DNA of 64,000 nt, from the NCBI RefSeq assembly GCF_035440685.1, contig NZ_DAORMW010000011.1; one strand, given 5' to 3'. Source of the DNA: Accumulibacter sp. GTDB lineage: Bacteria > Pseudomonadota > Gammaproteobacteria > Burkholderiales > Rhodocyclaceae. How positions within the stretch are numbered: the first letter of the stretch is position 1; every line of letters starts with the position of its first letter. Both the position numbers and the translations under genes were made by a program. The notes beneath the pieces were generated by a model. The model had not been told where the DNA came from and did not search any database. It was given only the letters and a program-made list of their open reading frames with translations. Shown here in pieces: positions 1 to 9,001 of the stretch.

Positions 1-136
1 CGCTTCAGGTAGCAAATCAGCATGAAAATATCCGCTCGAGCGGCAAGACGCCCTTGCGCACAGCAACACCACTTTTTAGCCTGTCCGGCACCGTGTCGGA
101 ACAGAAACCAGCAACTGAAACCGAGGATGTATAGCA

Positions 137-742
137 ATGAATGCTCCGCAGAACCCATCTACCGACATGTTCCGCCTGGACCAGGCTGGCAGCCAGCTGA
201 ACAACCCATTTAAAGCGAGACCTACACGCCGTGCCCCTGGAAACGTCCCTTACGTGGTGGATAACCTTTGGGAGTGGAGTCGCCCTGAAGGCTTTCCCAG
301 CCGGAGGCATTGTGTTTGCGCAAGCCCGAGCGCCGCACTGGCTCAGCAACTTGGCGGTACAGGTGATGGGAGGGTTTTCACGATCAACAATCTCGTAGGG
401 GCGAAAGTTGCCCAGATTCCACATCAGGATGCCCGCTACCATCCCGATGCCACGTCGCTGCACAAGACCCTGCTGAAGCTGCTTGGCTTAGCCTGGGTCG
501 GCGACGATAAAAACCTGAGCGAAATGCACGCCATTGCACCGCTGTGGATGCCCGGTTTGCCGCGCCAGGACGCCGAGGTGCTATTCAAGAATAATCCGCG
601 ACTGGCAGCAATCGAGCCACAGCTTCGAGCAGAGATCAAGTTTTGGGACGACGCACAGTCGGTTTCGTTGCATGGTTCCTGGCCGTTTCCAGACGGCGAG
701 ATTTTCTTCGAGGCCGAGAGTTGGGAACTGACTTTACCTTGA
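137..742 (+). CDS. hypothetical protein (201 aa), no recognisable domain
   Basis: ATG at 137 with AGGA about 9 nt upstream; uninterrupted frame with GC3-rich codon usage; no motif recognised. Confidence 0.45.
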   Translation: MNAPQNPSTDMFRLDQAGSQLNNPFKARPTRRAPGNVPYVVDNLWEWSRPEGFPSRRHCVCASPSAALAQQLGGTGDGRVFTINNLVGAKVAQIPHQDARYHPDATSLHKTLLKLLGLAWVGDDKNLSEMHAIAPLWMPGLPRQDAEVLFKNNPRLAAIEPQLRAEIKFWDDAQSVSLHGSWPFPDGEIFFEAESWELTLP

Positions 743-1059
743 CCTGAACTTCGTCAGACAGTGTCGGGCGGGGTGCAAAAACTATCGATTGCTTCGGCAT
801 TCGGCAATGCGTATGCAGTTGGATGACGCGGGAAGGCGCACAGTACGGGAAAAAAGATGATTAATCTCGTTACTCTAGATTGCCGCGGGATAGGAAAGGC
901 GTCCGTCATGCTCAGCTGCTCCGAAAATGATTTCTTTGTTTCCGGGTGCTTTGCCTTCTGATAGAGTTAAACGCCAAAGCCGATAAAGCTGCTCTAGAGT
1001 ACGTGTTTTCGATGTTTGGTCGAGTTCTTTTATGTCAATTAATAAAAAAGGTGGTGTCC

Positions 1060-2487
1060 ATGGACAAGACGGAGTACGTTCTAACAAGCCTGGCGAAAAC
1101 ACGAAATAAAAAGTGGGAGTTATATGTTGTATCTCGTATTTATCATTTGCTAGATGATCCAGATATTGAATTTGTCTGCCAGCAATTGATTCGCACAGAG
1201 AATTCGTGGTATCTGGTAGATTTGTTTTTCCCCCAGCTTGGTATATTCTTGGAAATAGATGAAAGGCACCATCTTTCACATCAAGAGGCCGATGCTCTCA
1301 GGTCTAAAGAGATATTTTATGGGACAGGCTTAAGTGAGAAAAGAATCGATGTTTGCGATAATGCTCGTCATGACCGCCACATTAATGAGGTTGACAAGCA
1401 GGTTGACAGTTTTGTAGATGTCATTAGGCGCGAGAAGGTAAAAAAAATGGAGAGCGGTAAGTTCAAGGCATGGGATTATGAGAGTAGATTTTCACCGGAT
1501 CCTCATATTAAGCGTGGCCAGATTTGCCTTGGGAATGGCGCCGTGTTTAGAACTCATAAGGACGCGCTTCGGTGCTTTGGCTTCAGCGGGAGCGACCATA
1601 GGAAGGCGGTGTGGGGGGTTGGAGGGAGTAAAGAGGAACGAGCTAGCACCTGTGTCTGGTTTCCAAAACTCTACAGGAATGACGGTTGGGATAATTCGAT
1701 CGACGAAACTCAGACTAACATCTATGAGAAACGAATAGAGGATCCAAAGGGGTATATAAGAGACAACCCGAGAAAATGGAAAAGAAGAATAGTGTTTGCG
1801 CATGAGAGGGATTCATTTGGCAAAACACTTTATAAGTTCAAAGGGGTGTTTGAAAGAGATGATGACAGCAATTCTGATGATAGAGTTGTTTATCAGCGCG
1901 TAGGCGAATGCGTTCACCTGCCAACGGCCGGGGTTCGCGAAATTGGCGCTACGGAGCAGAATCCCCAAGACGAAAGCGATCGCCTTGATGACGGGCTATC
2001 GGGAGTTCTGCAAACACCACAAGCAGAGAAGGCAATAAAGGAAGGGCATATAGATTTCCCGGGATCTGGGGTGTTCAATGATTGGAACACGCTCCCGTTT
2101 GGTCAACCCTGCGGGTGTAAGGAGAAACTTCTTGCGTGTATCACAGATGTAAAGTCGTCCGCGGATGTGATCGCCAAGGCGCTGCTGCATGTCGGTTCCA
2201 GTTGTCGGGAAATAACCACGCTTCTGGTTTTTGCCGTTTATATAAATCGGGACACATGGAATGGTATTTGGAGACTTTTCTACCCTTCCTTTCAAGAGCT
2301 TGAAAATTCAATCAGCATTGAGATAGAAATTGTGTTCGGACAAGAAGTCTCCACGCAGATTTGCACGATCTGTGGAGTCAGGCCTGTAAGCACGCACCGA
2401 GAATGGACTGATACTTGGTCGATGAAAACCATACGGGAGCCTGCTTGCAGAAAGTGCGCATCAACGCCACGAAATATAATGACCTAG
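1060..2487 (+). CDS. PvuRts1I/AbaSI-like modification-dependent (type IV) restriction endonuclease with extra Cys-rich C-terminal region
   Basis: ATG at 1060 after AAAAAGGTGG. N-terminus KTRNKKWELYVVSRIYHLL...YLVDLFFPQLGIFLEIDERHH looks like a Vsr/PD-(D/E)xK nuclease core. Middle part VWFPKLYRNDGWDNS...RIVFAHERDSFGKTLYKFKGVFE looks like the SRA-like reader of this family. Last ~150 aa are additional and end in CTICG...CRKC. Gene lies in a clearly AT-richer islet (~780-2500). Confidence 0.6.
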   Translation: MDKTEYVLTSLAKTRNKKWELYVVSRIYHLLDDPDIEFVCQQLIRTENSWYLVDLFFPQLGIFLEIDERHHLSHQEADALRSKEIFYGTGLSEKRIDVCDNARHDRHINEVDKQVDSFVDVIRREKVKKMESGKFKAWDYESRFSPDPHIKRGQICLGNGAVFRTHKDALRCFGFSGSDHRKAVWGVGGSKEERASTCVWFPKLYRNDGWDNSIDETQTNIYEKRIEDPKGYIRDNPRKWKRRIVFAHERDSFGKTLYKFKGVFERDDDSNSDDRVVYQRVGECVHLPTAGVREIGATEQNPQDESDRLDDGLSGVLQTPQAEKAIKEGHIDFPGSGVFNDWNTLPFGQPCGCKEKLLACITDVKSSADVIAKALLHVGSSCREITTLLVFAVYINRDTWNGIWRLFYPSFQELENSISIEIEIVFGQEVSTQICTICGVRPVSTHREWTDTWSMKTIREPACRKCASTPRNIMT

Positions 2488-2774
2488 TTGAATTGTGCCC
2501 AACGTCACACCCATTAAGGAGTACCCGCAATTGTCGGGGTTGCTTCGTTTCGTCTGGAATGGGCGAGATTGGCGAATTGCGAAAGCGAGCAAAGATGTGG
2601 GCCTTTCACCGATGAGGTGTTCGCCGTAGCGATCTCGGCGACCGCGACCGCGGGCGCACGCGTCGTGAAGGCCTCGCTTCATCGCTTCGACCTGGCCATT
2701 GTGTTTACCTGCGTGGCGCCCGTCGAGGGTGCCACGAAGGTGTTGCGCATTTGGTGGACGGACGCGGAGAGTCA

Positions 2775-3680
2775 ATGTTGACGCATGCATTCACCGACAA
2801 ACTGATCATCGCCATATCGTCCAGAGCGCTGTTCGATCTGGATGAGTGCCATGGGGTCTACGAGCAGGCCGGCGTCGACGCGTATACGCTCTACCAGATT
2901 GAGCACGAAGACACCCCGCTCGAGCCTGGTGTCGCCTTCCCTCTGGTCAGGAAGCTGCTCTTGCTCAACCAGGGAATCCCCAACCGGCAACGCGTCGAGG
3001 TGATCCTGCTTTCGAGAAACAGCGCGGACACCGGGCTGCGGATTTTCAACTCGATTCGCCACCATGGCCTGGACATCACGCGCGCTGCCTTTACCCGCGG
3101 TGAGAGCACCACGCCCTACGTTGGCTCCTTTGGCGCGCATCTGTTTCTCTCCGCAAATTCGGACGACGTGCGCGATGCCCTTGCCAGTGGGCAGGCGGCC
3201 GCATTCCTGCTGCCTTCGGTCGCACCGGAGAGCGCGCGCGATCAGGTGCGCATTGCATTCGACGGCGATGCGGTGATCTTCTCCGATGAGTCGGAGACGA
3301 TCTTCAGGACCAACGGCCTGGAAGCCTTTGTCCGCAACGAAACGGAGTCGGCCCGGACGCCACTCGCGGGCGGCCCGTTTGTCGCCTTCCTTTCTGCGCT
3401 GCAGCGGATTCAGCAGGAGGACAGTGCGCTGATTCGAACCGCACTGGTCACGGCCCGCGGCGCACCCGCACACGAGCGCGTCGTGCGCACCCTGAGAGCC
3501 TGGAATATTCGTATCGATGAGGCCTTTTTTCTGGGGGGATTGGAAAAAGGCCCTTTTCTGAAGGCTTTCGGCGCCGATATATTTTTCGACGACCAGCAAA
3601 CCCATTGCGATTCGGCGCGCCAACACGTCGCCACGGGCCATGTGCCGCACGGCGTAGCCAACGCCAGGTTGACGCCGTAG
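2775..3680 (+). CDS. 5'-nucleotidase family protein (HAD-like, cN-IA/PF06189-type)
   Basis: ATG at 2775 after GGAGAG. Motifs IAISSRALFDLD, IAFDGDAVIFSDESE, FFLGGLEKGPFLKAFGADIFFDDQ are typical of this bacterial 5'-nucleotidase family. Confidence 0.7.
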   Translation: MLTHAFTDKLIIAISSRALFDLDECHGVYEQAGVDAYTLYQIEHEDTPLEPGVAFPLVRKLLLLNQGIPNRQRVEVILLSRNSADTGLRIFNSIRHHGLDITRAAFTRGESTTPYVGSFGAHLFLSANSDDVRDALASGQAAAFLLPSVAPESARDQVRIAFDGDAVIFSDESETIFRTNGLEAFVRNETESARTPLAGGPFVAFLSALQRIQQEDSALIRTALVTARGAPAHERVVRTLRAWNIRIDEAFFLGGLEKGPFLKAFGADIFFDDQQTHCDSARQHVATGHVPHGVANARLTP

Positions 3681-3731
3681 CGTCGATGATCGGGCGGTCG
3701 CGTGGCTCGCCGGGAAGCCCTCCAGCACCTT

Positions 3732-4154
3732 CTACGATCCGCTGACCGAAACGGCCCAGGCGAGAATCGGCCGGAGTCGCGGCCCGAGCAGCGTTGCGGC
3801 TTCCTCGGCGCTCACCCAGCGGTACTCGTCATGCTCTGGCCTGCCGAGTTCCTCGCTGATCGGCAGGCTCAGTTCCTGCCGGGCGACGCGGGCGAGGAAG
3901 TAGGTGGCGACCTTGTCTCCCGAATAGATGGCGGTGTCCTGCGAGACCTCACCCCAGCACAGCTCGCATCGGGCAATGCCGGTTTCTTCGCGCAGCTCGC
4001 GAATCGCCGCCTCAAGCGGCGTCTCGTCGCCATCTGCCGCGCCTTTCGGGAAATCCCAGTTGGCGTAGGCGCGCAGCAGCAGATAGATCCGCTTTCCTTG
4101 CGCATCCGTGGCCGTCGGTACGACGCCGTAGGAGTGTCTTCTTACGGTTGGCAT
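3732..4154 (-). CDS. NUDIX hydrolase (short Ap4A-hydrolase-like form)
   Basis: Nudix box GAADGDETPLEAAIRELREETGI (GX5EX7REUXEEXGU), preceded by WDFPKG; 140 aa. Confidence 0.85.
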   Translation of the reverse strand: MPTVRRHSYGVVPTATDAQGKRIYLLLRAYANWDFPKGAADGDETPLEAAIRELREETGIARCELCWGEVSQDTAIYSGDKVATYFLARVARQELSLPISEELGRPEHDEYRWVSAEEAATLLGPRLRPILAWAVSVSGS

Positions 4155-4279
4155 GGCGTCTCCTCAAAAGCCTTCAGTTTGTGACGAGATGTCGCGAGCG
4201 ATAAGCAGTTGAGCGATCGGCTGCGCAAAGCTCGGGTCGGCGGACTTGCTTCCCTTCCTGCGCCGCGCTCGCGCATTCC

Positions 4280-5005
4280 CTAAGCTTGAAAAGGCTCGTC
4301 GGAATCTGCCATTGATTCTTCTGAAAACTCCGCGTTTTTCAGGGCCTCGAGTAGCTCGCTCTGACGTTCGCCGACACCAAAGAACGACAGTTCATAGGCA
4401 ACGCTATGCAGAACCTGGATGAGGGTCGGCGGGCCGAAATTGATCTCTTCCATGGAGATTGCCTGGCCAGCCGCTTCTTTCGGAGCCCGGTCGTAAACGA
4501 ACACCTTTGAAGTCCGCTCCAGTCGGAGAGGATAGTGCAGGCATGCCTGTACCGGAACGCCGAGCATGCACCACTCTTGTCGGTCGCCCACGCTGCGACC
4601 ATTCGAAGCAGGCTCACCTTGAGGGAACCCGACCCCTGACATGAACAGGCGCGTCATCGGCTCATAGGCCTTGGTACTCATATCAACGCTGCAATTGCGG
4701 GCAAGAAGCAAATATTCCACTTCGTCGGGGTCGTCGACGCCACTGCCGGAATCTGGCTCTTCGGCAAGAGCTTCCTGGATCAACTCCACTGCCCAAAACC
4801 GGCGAAGGACTTGTAGCAGGGGCGGGTTATTTTTCAGGAGCAGCAGAATATCGCGCAGGGTAACGCCATCGTCGAGGACCACCCGCTCGCAGAGGTACTC
4901 GATAGCAAGTTCGGATACGTCCGTCTCGGCGAGGTAGGGGTCCACATAGGACAGCAGGCCACCGACGCTCAGTCGGACGTGGCTGCCTTGCTCGATCATT
5001 TCCAT
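4280..5005 (-). CDS. hypothetical acidic protein (241 aa)
   Basis: ATG at 5005 with strong AAGGAG RBS. Same strand as, and 63 nt downstream of, the WYL regulator gene. No recognisable motif. Confidence 0.6.
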   Translation of the reverse strand: MEMIEQGSHVRLSVGGLLSYVDPYLAETDVSELAIEYLCERVVLDDGVTLRDILLLLKNNPPLLQVLRRFWAVELIQEALAEEPDSGSGVDDPDEVEYLLLARNCSVDMSTKAYEPMTRLFMSGVGFPQGEPASNGRSVGDRQEWCMLGVPVQACLHYPLRLERTSKVFVYDRAPKEAAGQAISMEEINFGPPTLIQVLHSVAYELSFFGVGERQSELLEALKNAEFSEESMADSDEPFQA

Positions 5006-5068
5006 TCATTTCTCCTTGGTGGCCTGTTGGTTATGCACTTGTCGGCATCGATTTCGTTCATCTGGCAG

Positions 5069-6118
5069 TTACTCCGTGAGTGAGGTCGAACCGCTTGTCG
5101 AGCCGCCGCGCTCTTCGTACTGCGCTGCCGCATGTTTGAGTGTCTCCGCGATCAATTCCCTGAGTTCCGGTGGCTCAAGAACTTCCACGTTATCGGCATA
5201 GCTCAGGAGCCACCAGAGGAGATGGCCGGAGAACTTCACCCGGGTTTTCAGGGTCACGCGCCCGTCGTCGCAAGGATGGAGGGTCTGCTGCTCGCCCAGC
5301 GATGTTTCGGCGAGACGTTCCGCGGTCTTCTGGCTGAAGATCGCCACCAGCTCAAGCGTGCTTCCGACCTTGATCGGGTAGGTCCGGCCGAAGCCAAGCT
5401 GCCCGGACTTGATGTAGGCGTCAATATCGAACGCCGCCAGCGGAGGGCGGGCCAGCAAAGAGGGAGCGGCGCTCTGGATACGGTGCATCTGGATGTAGGT
5501 TTGGCTGCCGTCGTCGAGGTTTTTGTAGATCAGGTAAAGCACGACGCCCCGCTGGGTAAGCGCCAGGGGCAGGATCGTGGCCGGGAACGTCTGCTTGCCG
5601 CTTCGATCGCGATAGGTCACGCGTAGGGCTCTGTCATCCAACAGCGCTTCCCGAATCGCCCGGGCCACACCGGGAGACATGCTGGCCGGGTTGAGCATCT
5701 GGGTCGAATCGATGAGGCGGAATTTCTTCTTCCACGACCTCACCCTGGCGGGCGCCGCATCGAGCTTGCTCTCGGCGGCACGGAAAAACGGCGTCAGACT
5801 CTGCAGGGTGGCTTCGGGTAACAGCGACTTGAGATTTTGCTCGATCATGTAGAAGGCCAGTGCCTGTTCCGCCGTCAAGCCAGGCAACCACATGCGGGGG
5901 ACGTCCTGCCATGACCAATAGTAGGTCTTTCCCTCGGCCCGGTAGTGAATATCAAAATCTTCGCTGAGCGCTTGCAGGTCGCGTTCAACGGTTCTCTTGC
6001 CAACAGCCTCGCGCGTCTGTTCGACGAGAATCCGGTGGATTTCTTCGGTTGACTTCGCCTGCCCACGCGCTTGCGGAACAAGCGTCAGGATGATCCACTG
6101 CCGTTTCACCTGGTTCAT
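5069..6118 (-). CDS. WYL-domain transcriptional regulator (wHTH-WYL-WCX architecture, BrxR/CapW/PafBC-like)
   Basis: N-terminal wHTH (STEEIHRILVEQTREAVGKRTVERDLQAL). WYL core LRVTYRDRSGKQTFPATILPLALTQRGVVLYLI...IQMHRIQSA. C-terminal HLLWWLLSYADNVEVLEPPELR. Confidence 0.8.
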   Translation of the reverse strand: MNQVKRQWIILTLVPQARGQAKSTEEIHRILVEQTREAVGKRTVERDLQALSEDFDIHYRAEGKTYYWSWQDVPRMWLPGLTAEQALAFYMIEQNLKSLLPEATLQSLTPFFRAAESKLDAAPARVRSWKKKFRLIDSTQMLNPASMSPGVARAIREALLDDRALRVTYRDRSGKQTFPATILPLALTQRGVVLYLIYKNLDDGSQTYIQMHRIQSAAPSLLARPPLAAFDIDAYIKSGQLGFGRTYPIKVGSTLELVAIFSQKTAERLAETSLGEQQTLHPCDDGRVTLKTRVKFSGHLLWWLLSYADNVEVLEPPELRELIAETLKHAAAQYEERGGSTSGSTSLTE

Positions 6119-6158
6119 AGATTCGAACCTTCATCGACCGACCCGGAAGCCGGACACC

Positions 6159-6737
6159 TCATCGCTCACCTGTCATCGACAAAACCGGCTGGTAGCTCAT
6201 GACGAACCATTCCTGGATCGCTGTCTCAATCGTATCCGGGCGTGCCAGCCGCACCTGCACTATTGCCTCCTCCGCCGACATGCCGGACTCGATCAGCAAG
6301 TAAGCGGCGATGGTTCCCGTTTGGCCCAGACCGCCCTTGCCGTGCAGAAAGACGCGCTGACCCGCCTGTAGCGTGCTCATGATTTCTCGGCCCAGCTCCG
6401 GCCAGCGTTCGTTGAAGGATTTTCCGGGAAGGGAGATGTCAGGGATAGGCAGGTGACGCAATTTCATGCCCAGGCGATCGACATCATCGGGCAGTGTCGC
6501 CACCTGGAGCTCCTCGAATTCATGCGCCTCAACGAGGGAGATTATCATGCGGCTACCCCATTGATGAATGCGGGCCAGGTCGGCGGCAAGGTCGCGCTGC
6601 CAATGTCCTGCTTTGGCATTGCGCTGCTTCTTGCCGGGGCAGAACGACATACCGATCAAGGCGCAGCCGCCGGCAGGCTGAACAGCGTCGATGCGGATCG
6701 GATCGGTGTCACTGGTGCGGTCGAGCGAAGGGTTCAT
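6159..6737 (-). CDS. protein-tyrosine/dual-specificity phosphatase-fold protein (CDKN3-like), predicted catalytically dead
   Basis: ATG at 6737, 5 nt after the stop of the AAA+ gene. IPDISLP loop plus P-loop-like VFLHGKGGLGQTGTIAAYLL, where the canonical HCxxGxxR(S/T) has Gly for Cys and Gln for Arg. Confidence 0.65.
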   Translation of the reverse strand: MNPSLDRTSDTDPIRIDAVQPAGGCALIGMSFCPGKKQRNAKAGHWQRDLAADLARIHQWGSRMIISLVEAHEFEELQVATLPDDVDRLGMKLRHLPIPDISLPGKSFNERWPELGREIMSTLQAGQRVFLHGKGGLGQTGTIAAYLLIESGMSAEEAIVQVRLARPDTIETAIQEWFVMSYQPVLSMTGER

Positions 6738-6742
6738 GCTGC

Positions 6743-9001
6743 CTAGCTCAGAAAGCCGATGGACGTCGTCTTGGCACCTTTTTTCACGGCGCACTCGCGT
6801 TCAAGGCACTGCAAGAAGTTCTCCGCCGTATAGCGCTCACCGAGCAGGCGTTCCTGGCGTTGCACGGTTGCGAAATCGCCGGGAGTCGCGGCAGTCAGTT
6901 TCTGGAGCGCCTGGCGAAGCGGCGGCGTGAGAGGCGCGGTGGGGCTGCCAAAGACGATCTCGGCAAACAAGGCCTCGACCTGCTGCGGCGTCAGCGCATC
7001 AAAGCGCAGCTTGAAGGTGAAGCGGCGCATGGCTGCTTCGTCCACATCGTTCATCAGGTTGGTGGTGCAAATGAAAATGCCGTTGAAGGCTTCCATTTGT
7101 TGCAGGAGCTCGTTGACCTGGGTGACTTCCCACGAGCGCTGAGCCTGTTGCCGGCTGCGAAGAAAGCTGTCGGCCTCGTCGAGCAGAAGGACTGCGCCTT
7201 CCTGACTGGCTTCATGGAACATGCGGGCAATGTTCTTTTCCGCTTCGCCGACGTACTTGCCAAGCAGGTCGGAAGCGCGCTTGATGGCCAGCGGACGACC
7301 AATGGCGTCGGCCAGATGACGGGCCAGAGAAGTCTTGCCGGAGCCCGGAACGCCGTGGAAGCAGAGGGTGGCGGCGGCGTTGCGGCGCAGCGCCTGCTCG
7401 ATTTTTTCGAGCGGCAGGTCGCTATCAAGGTTGAGATAGGCAAAGTTGCAGGGGCTGGCGCTGACCAGCTGGCTGTTGATCGAGAAGCTGCGGCCCATGG
7501 CGGTCTGGCTGGCCTTGATCGCCTGCAGGAAAACCGACTCGTCGATCTCGCCGGAATTCGTGTTGCAAAGCAGGGCGAAGCGGCTGGCCTGGTTGACCTG
7601 TGCGGGCGACAAACTCTCGTCGGTGGCCAGCGCGGTCACCAGACTGTCGCTGACAACGGCACTTTCCAGACAGCGCCTGATGACGCGCTCGCGGACCGCT
7701 TTCGGCGGCGTCCGGAATTCAATGTGAAAGCTGAAGCGACGCAGAAAGGCGTCATCGATGGCGTCGATGGAATTGGTAATCCAGATCGCGGGAACCGGCG
7801 AATGCTCGAGTTGCTGATTGAGCCAGGCCTTCGGCTGATCGGAGCGCGAGCTGGAACGGCCGCGTCCAAACAGAGACGAGAAGCTCGGGCCCAAATCGGG
7901 AAAAACATCTTCGATTTCATCAAAGATGACCAGCGACCGCTCGCGTTCGGATAGAAAGCGTTGCGCGACGGCAAAGCAGTTCAGGCGATTCTTGCCAGCG
8001 ACCGGATCGCCATCGCTGTCGGCGGAGCGGACATCGAAGGCCGCCAGGCCTGCGTGCTCGGCGAGCAAGCGCGCAAACTCGGATTTCCCGGTGCCGGGAG
8101 CACCGTAGAGGAGAACGTTGGCCCCTTGCTTCCGACCATTTGCCACGTTCTTCAGGTAAGTCACCAGCCAGGCGAACTCACGCTCCATATGGGGATAGTC
8201 GTGTGCCGCGAGGCCGGCGGCCGGTGCGGGCTGGAGAACGGCGCGCAGCATGTCTTCCGGGGTCGTAAACTCCTCTACCAGGAAGGTCTGGCCGACGTTA
8301 TCGAGACGCAGAAAGTCTTCGAGATCGTTGGGTGTGCTGTCCAGCGTGACCAGGCCATAGGCGCGCAGGGTGGCGTTCGCCCGCAGCGCCTTCTTGACGG
8401 CTGCGGTGGGCGCGTCAATGGCGGCGGCGACCAGGCCATAGGCCTCGGCGGGAGCAAATCCACTGACCGTGCGCAGAAACCTGCGGAACTGCTCATGGCC
8501 GCGCGTTTCCACGAAGTCGAGCAGCCTGCTCTCGACCGGCTCCAGGTCGAGCAGCTTGACCAGCAGTGGAATGTTGCGGTTGCCGGGAGCTTTGAGCGCA
8601 GTCTTGGGTTTCAGGCGCGCGAGGTTGTCTTCCAGCGCACCGACGATCAGCTTGGGGCTCTTGGCGTACAGCCGAGAAATGGTGTCTTCGTAGGTGCTCC
8701 ACTGCTGACGGCTCTTGAGCAGTGCGCCGATGTTGGCTGCTGCACCACCTTGGTTGGTGACTGCGGGGGCTTCTTCGTCGGTGTTAGCGGTCAGGGCAAG
8801 ATGCAGGGCGTGACTAATCTGCTGTGGCCAAACCACTTGCTTGCCGAGCATCCGCAGCCAGGGCTCGCAGTCATCTACCTGGGAGGCAAGAATTTCCGGA
8901 TGATGCAGCAGGATATGCAGGGCGAAAACCGCACCGCGGCCAGCAAGCCGACCCGCCGCTCCGTTCGCGGGCGTACTCCGGAAATCCGCATAACTATCCA
9001 T
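6743..9001 (-). CDS. tandem AAA+ ATPase (two classical-clade AAA modules) with ~300-aa helical N-terminal region
   Basis: ATG at 9001 after AAGGAG. Module 1: GAPGTGKSE / VIFDEIED / DDAFLRRF. Module 2: GVPGSGKTS / LLLDEADS / TNLMNDVDEAAMRRF. Confidence 0.85.
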   Translation of the reverse strand: MDSYADFRSTPANGAAGRLAGRGAVFALHILLHHPEILASQVDDCEPWLRMLGKQVVWPQQISHALHLALTANTDEEAPAVTNQGGAAANIGALLKSRQQWSTYEDTISRLYAKSPKLIVGALEDNLARLKPKTALKAPGNRNIPLLVKLLDLEPVESRLLDFVETRGHEQFRRFLRTVSGFAPAEAYGLVAAAIDAPTAAVKKALRANATLRAYGLVTLDSTPNDLEDFLRLDNVGQTFLVEEFTTPEDMLRAVLQPAPAAGLAAHDYPHMEREFAWLVTYLKNVANGRKQGANVLLYGAPGTGKSEFARLLAEHAGLAAFDVRSADSDGDPVAGKNRLNCFAVAQRFLSERERSLVIFDEIEDVFPDLGPSFSSLFGRGRSSSRSDQPKAWLNQQLEHSPVPAIWITNSIDAIDDAFLRRFSFHIEFRTPPKAVRERVIRRCLESAVVSDSLVTALATDESLSPAQVNQASRFALLCNTNSGEIDESVFLQAIKASQTAMGRSFSINSQLVSASPCNFAYLNLDSDLPLEKIEQALRRNAAATLCFHGVPGSGKTSLARHLADAIGRPLAIKRASDLLGKYVGEAEKNIARMFHEASQEGAVLLLDEADSFLRSRQQAQRSWEVTQVNELLQQMEAFNGIFICTTNLMNDVDEAAMRRFTFKLRFDALTPQQVEALFAEIVFGSPTAPLTPPLRQALQKLTAATPGDFATVQRQERLLGERYTAENFLQCLERECAVKKGAKTTSIGFLS

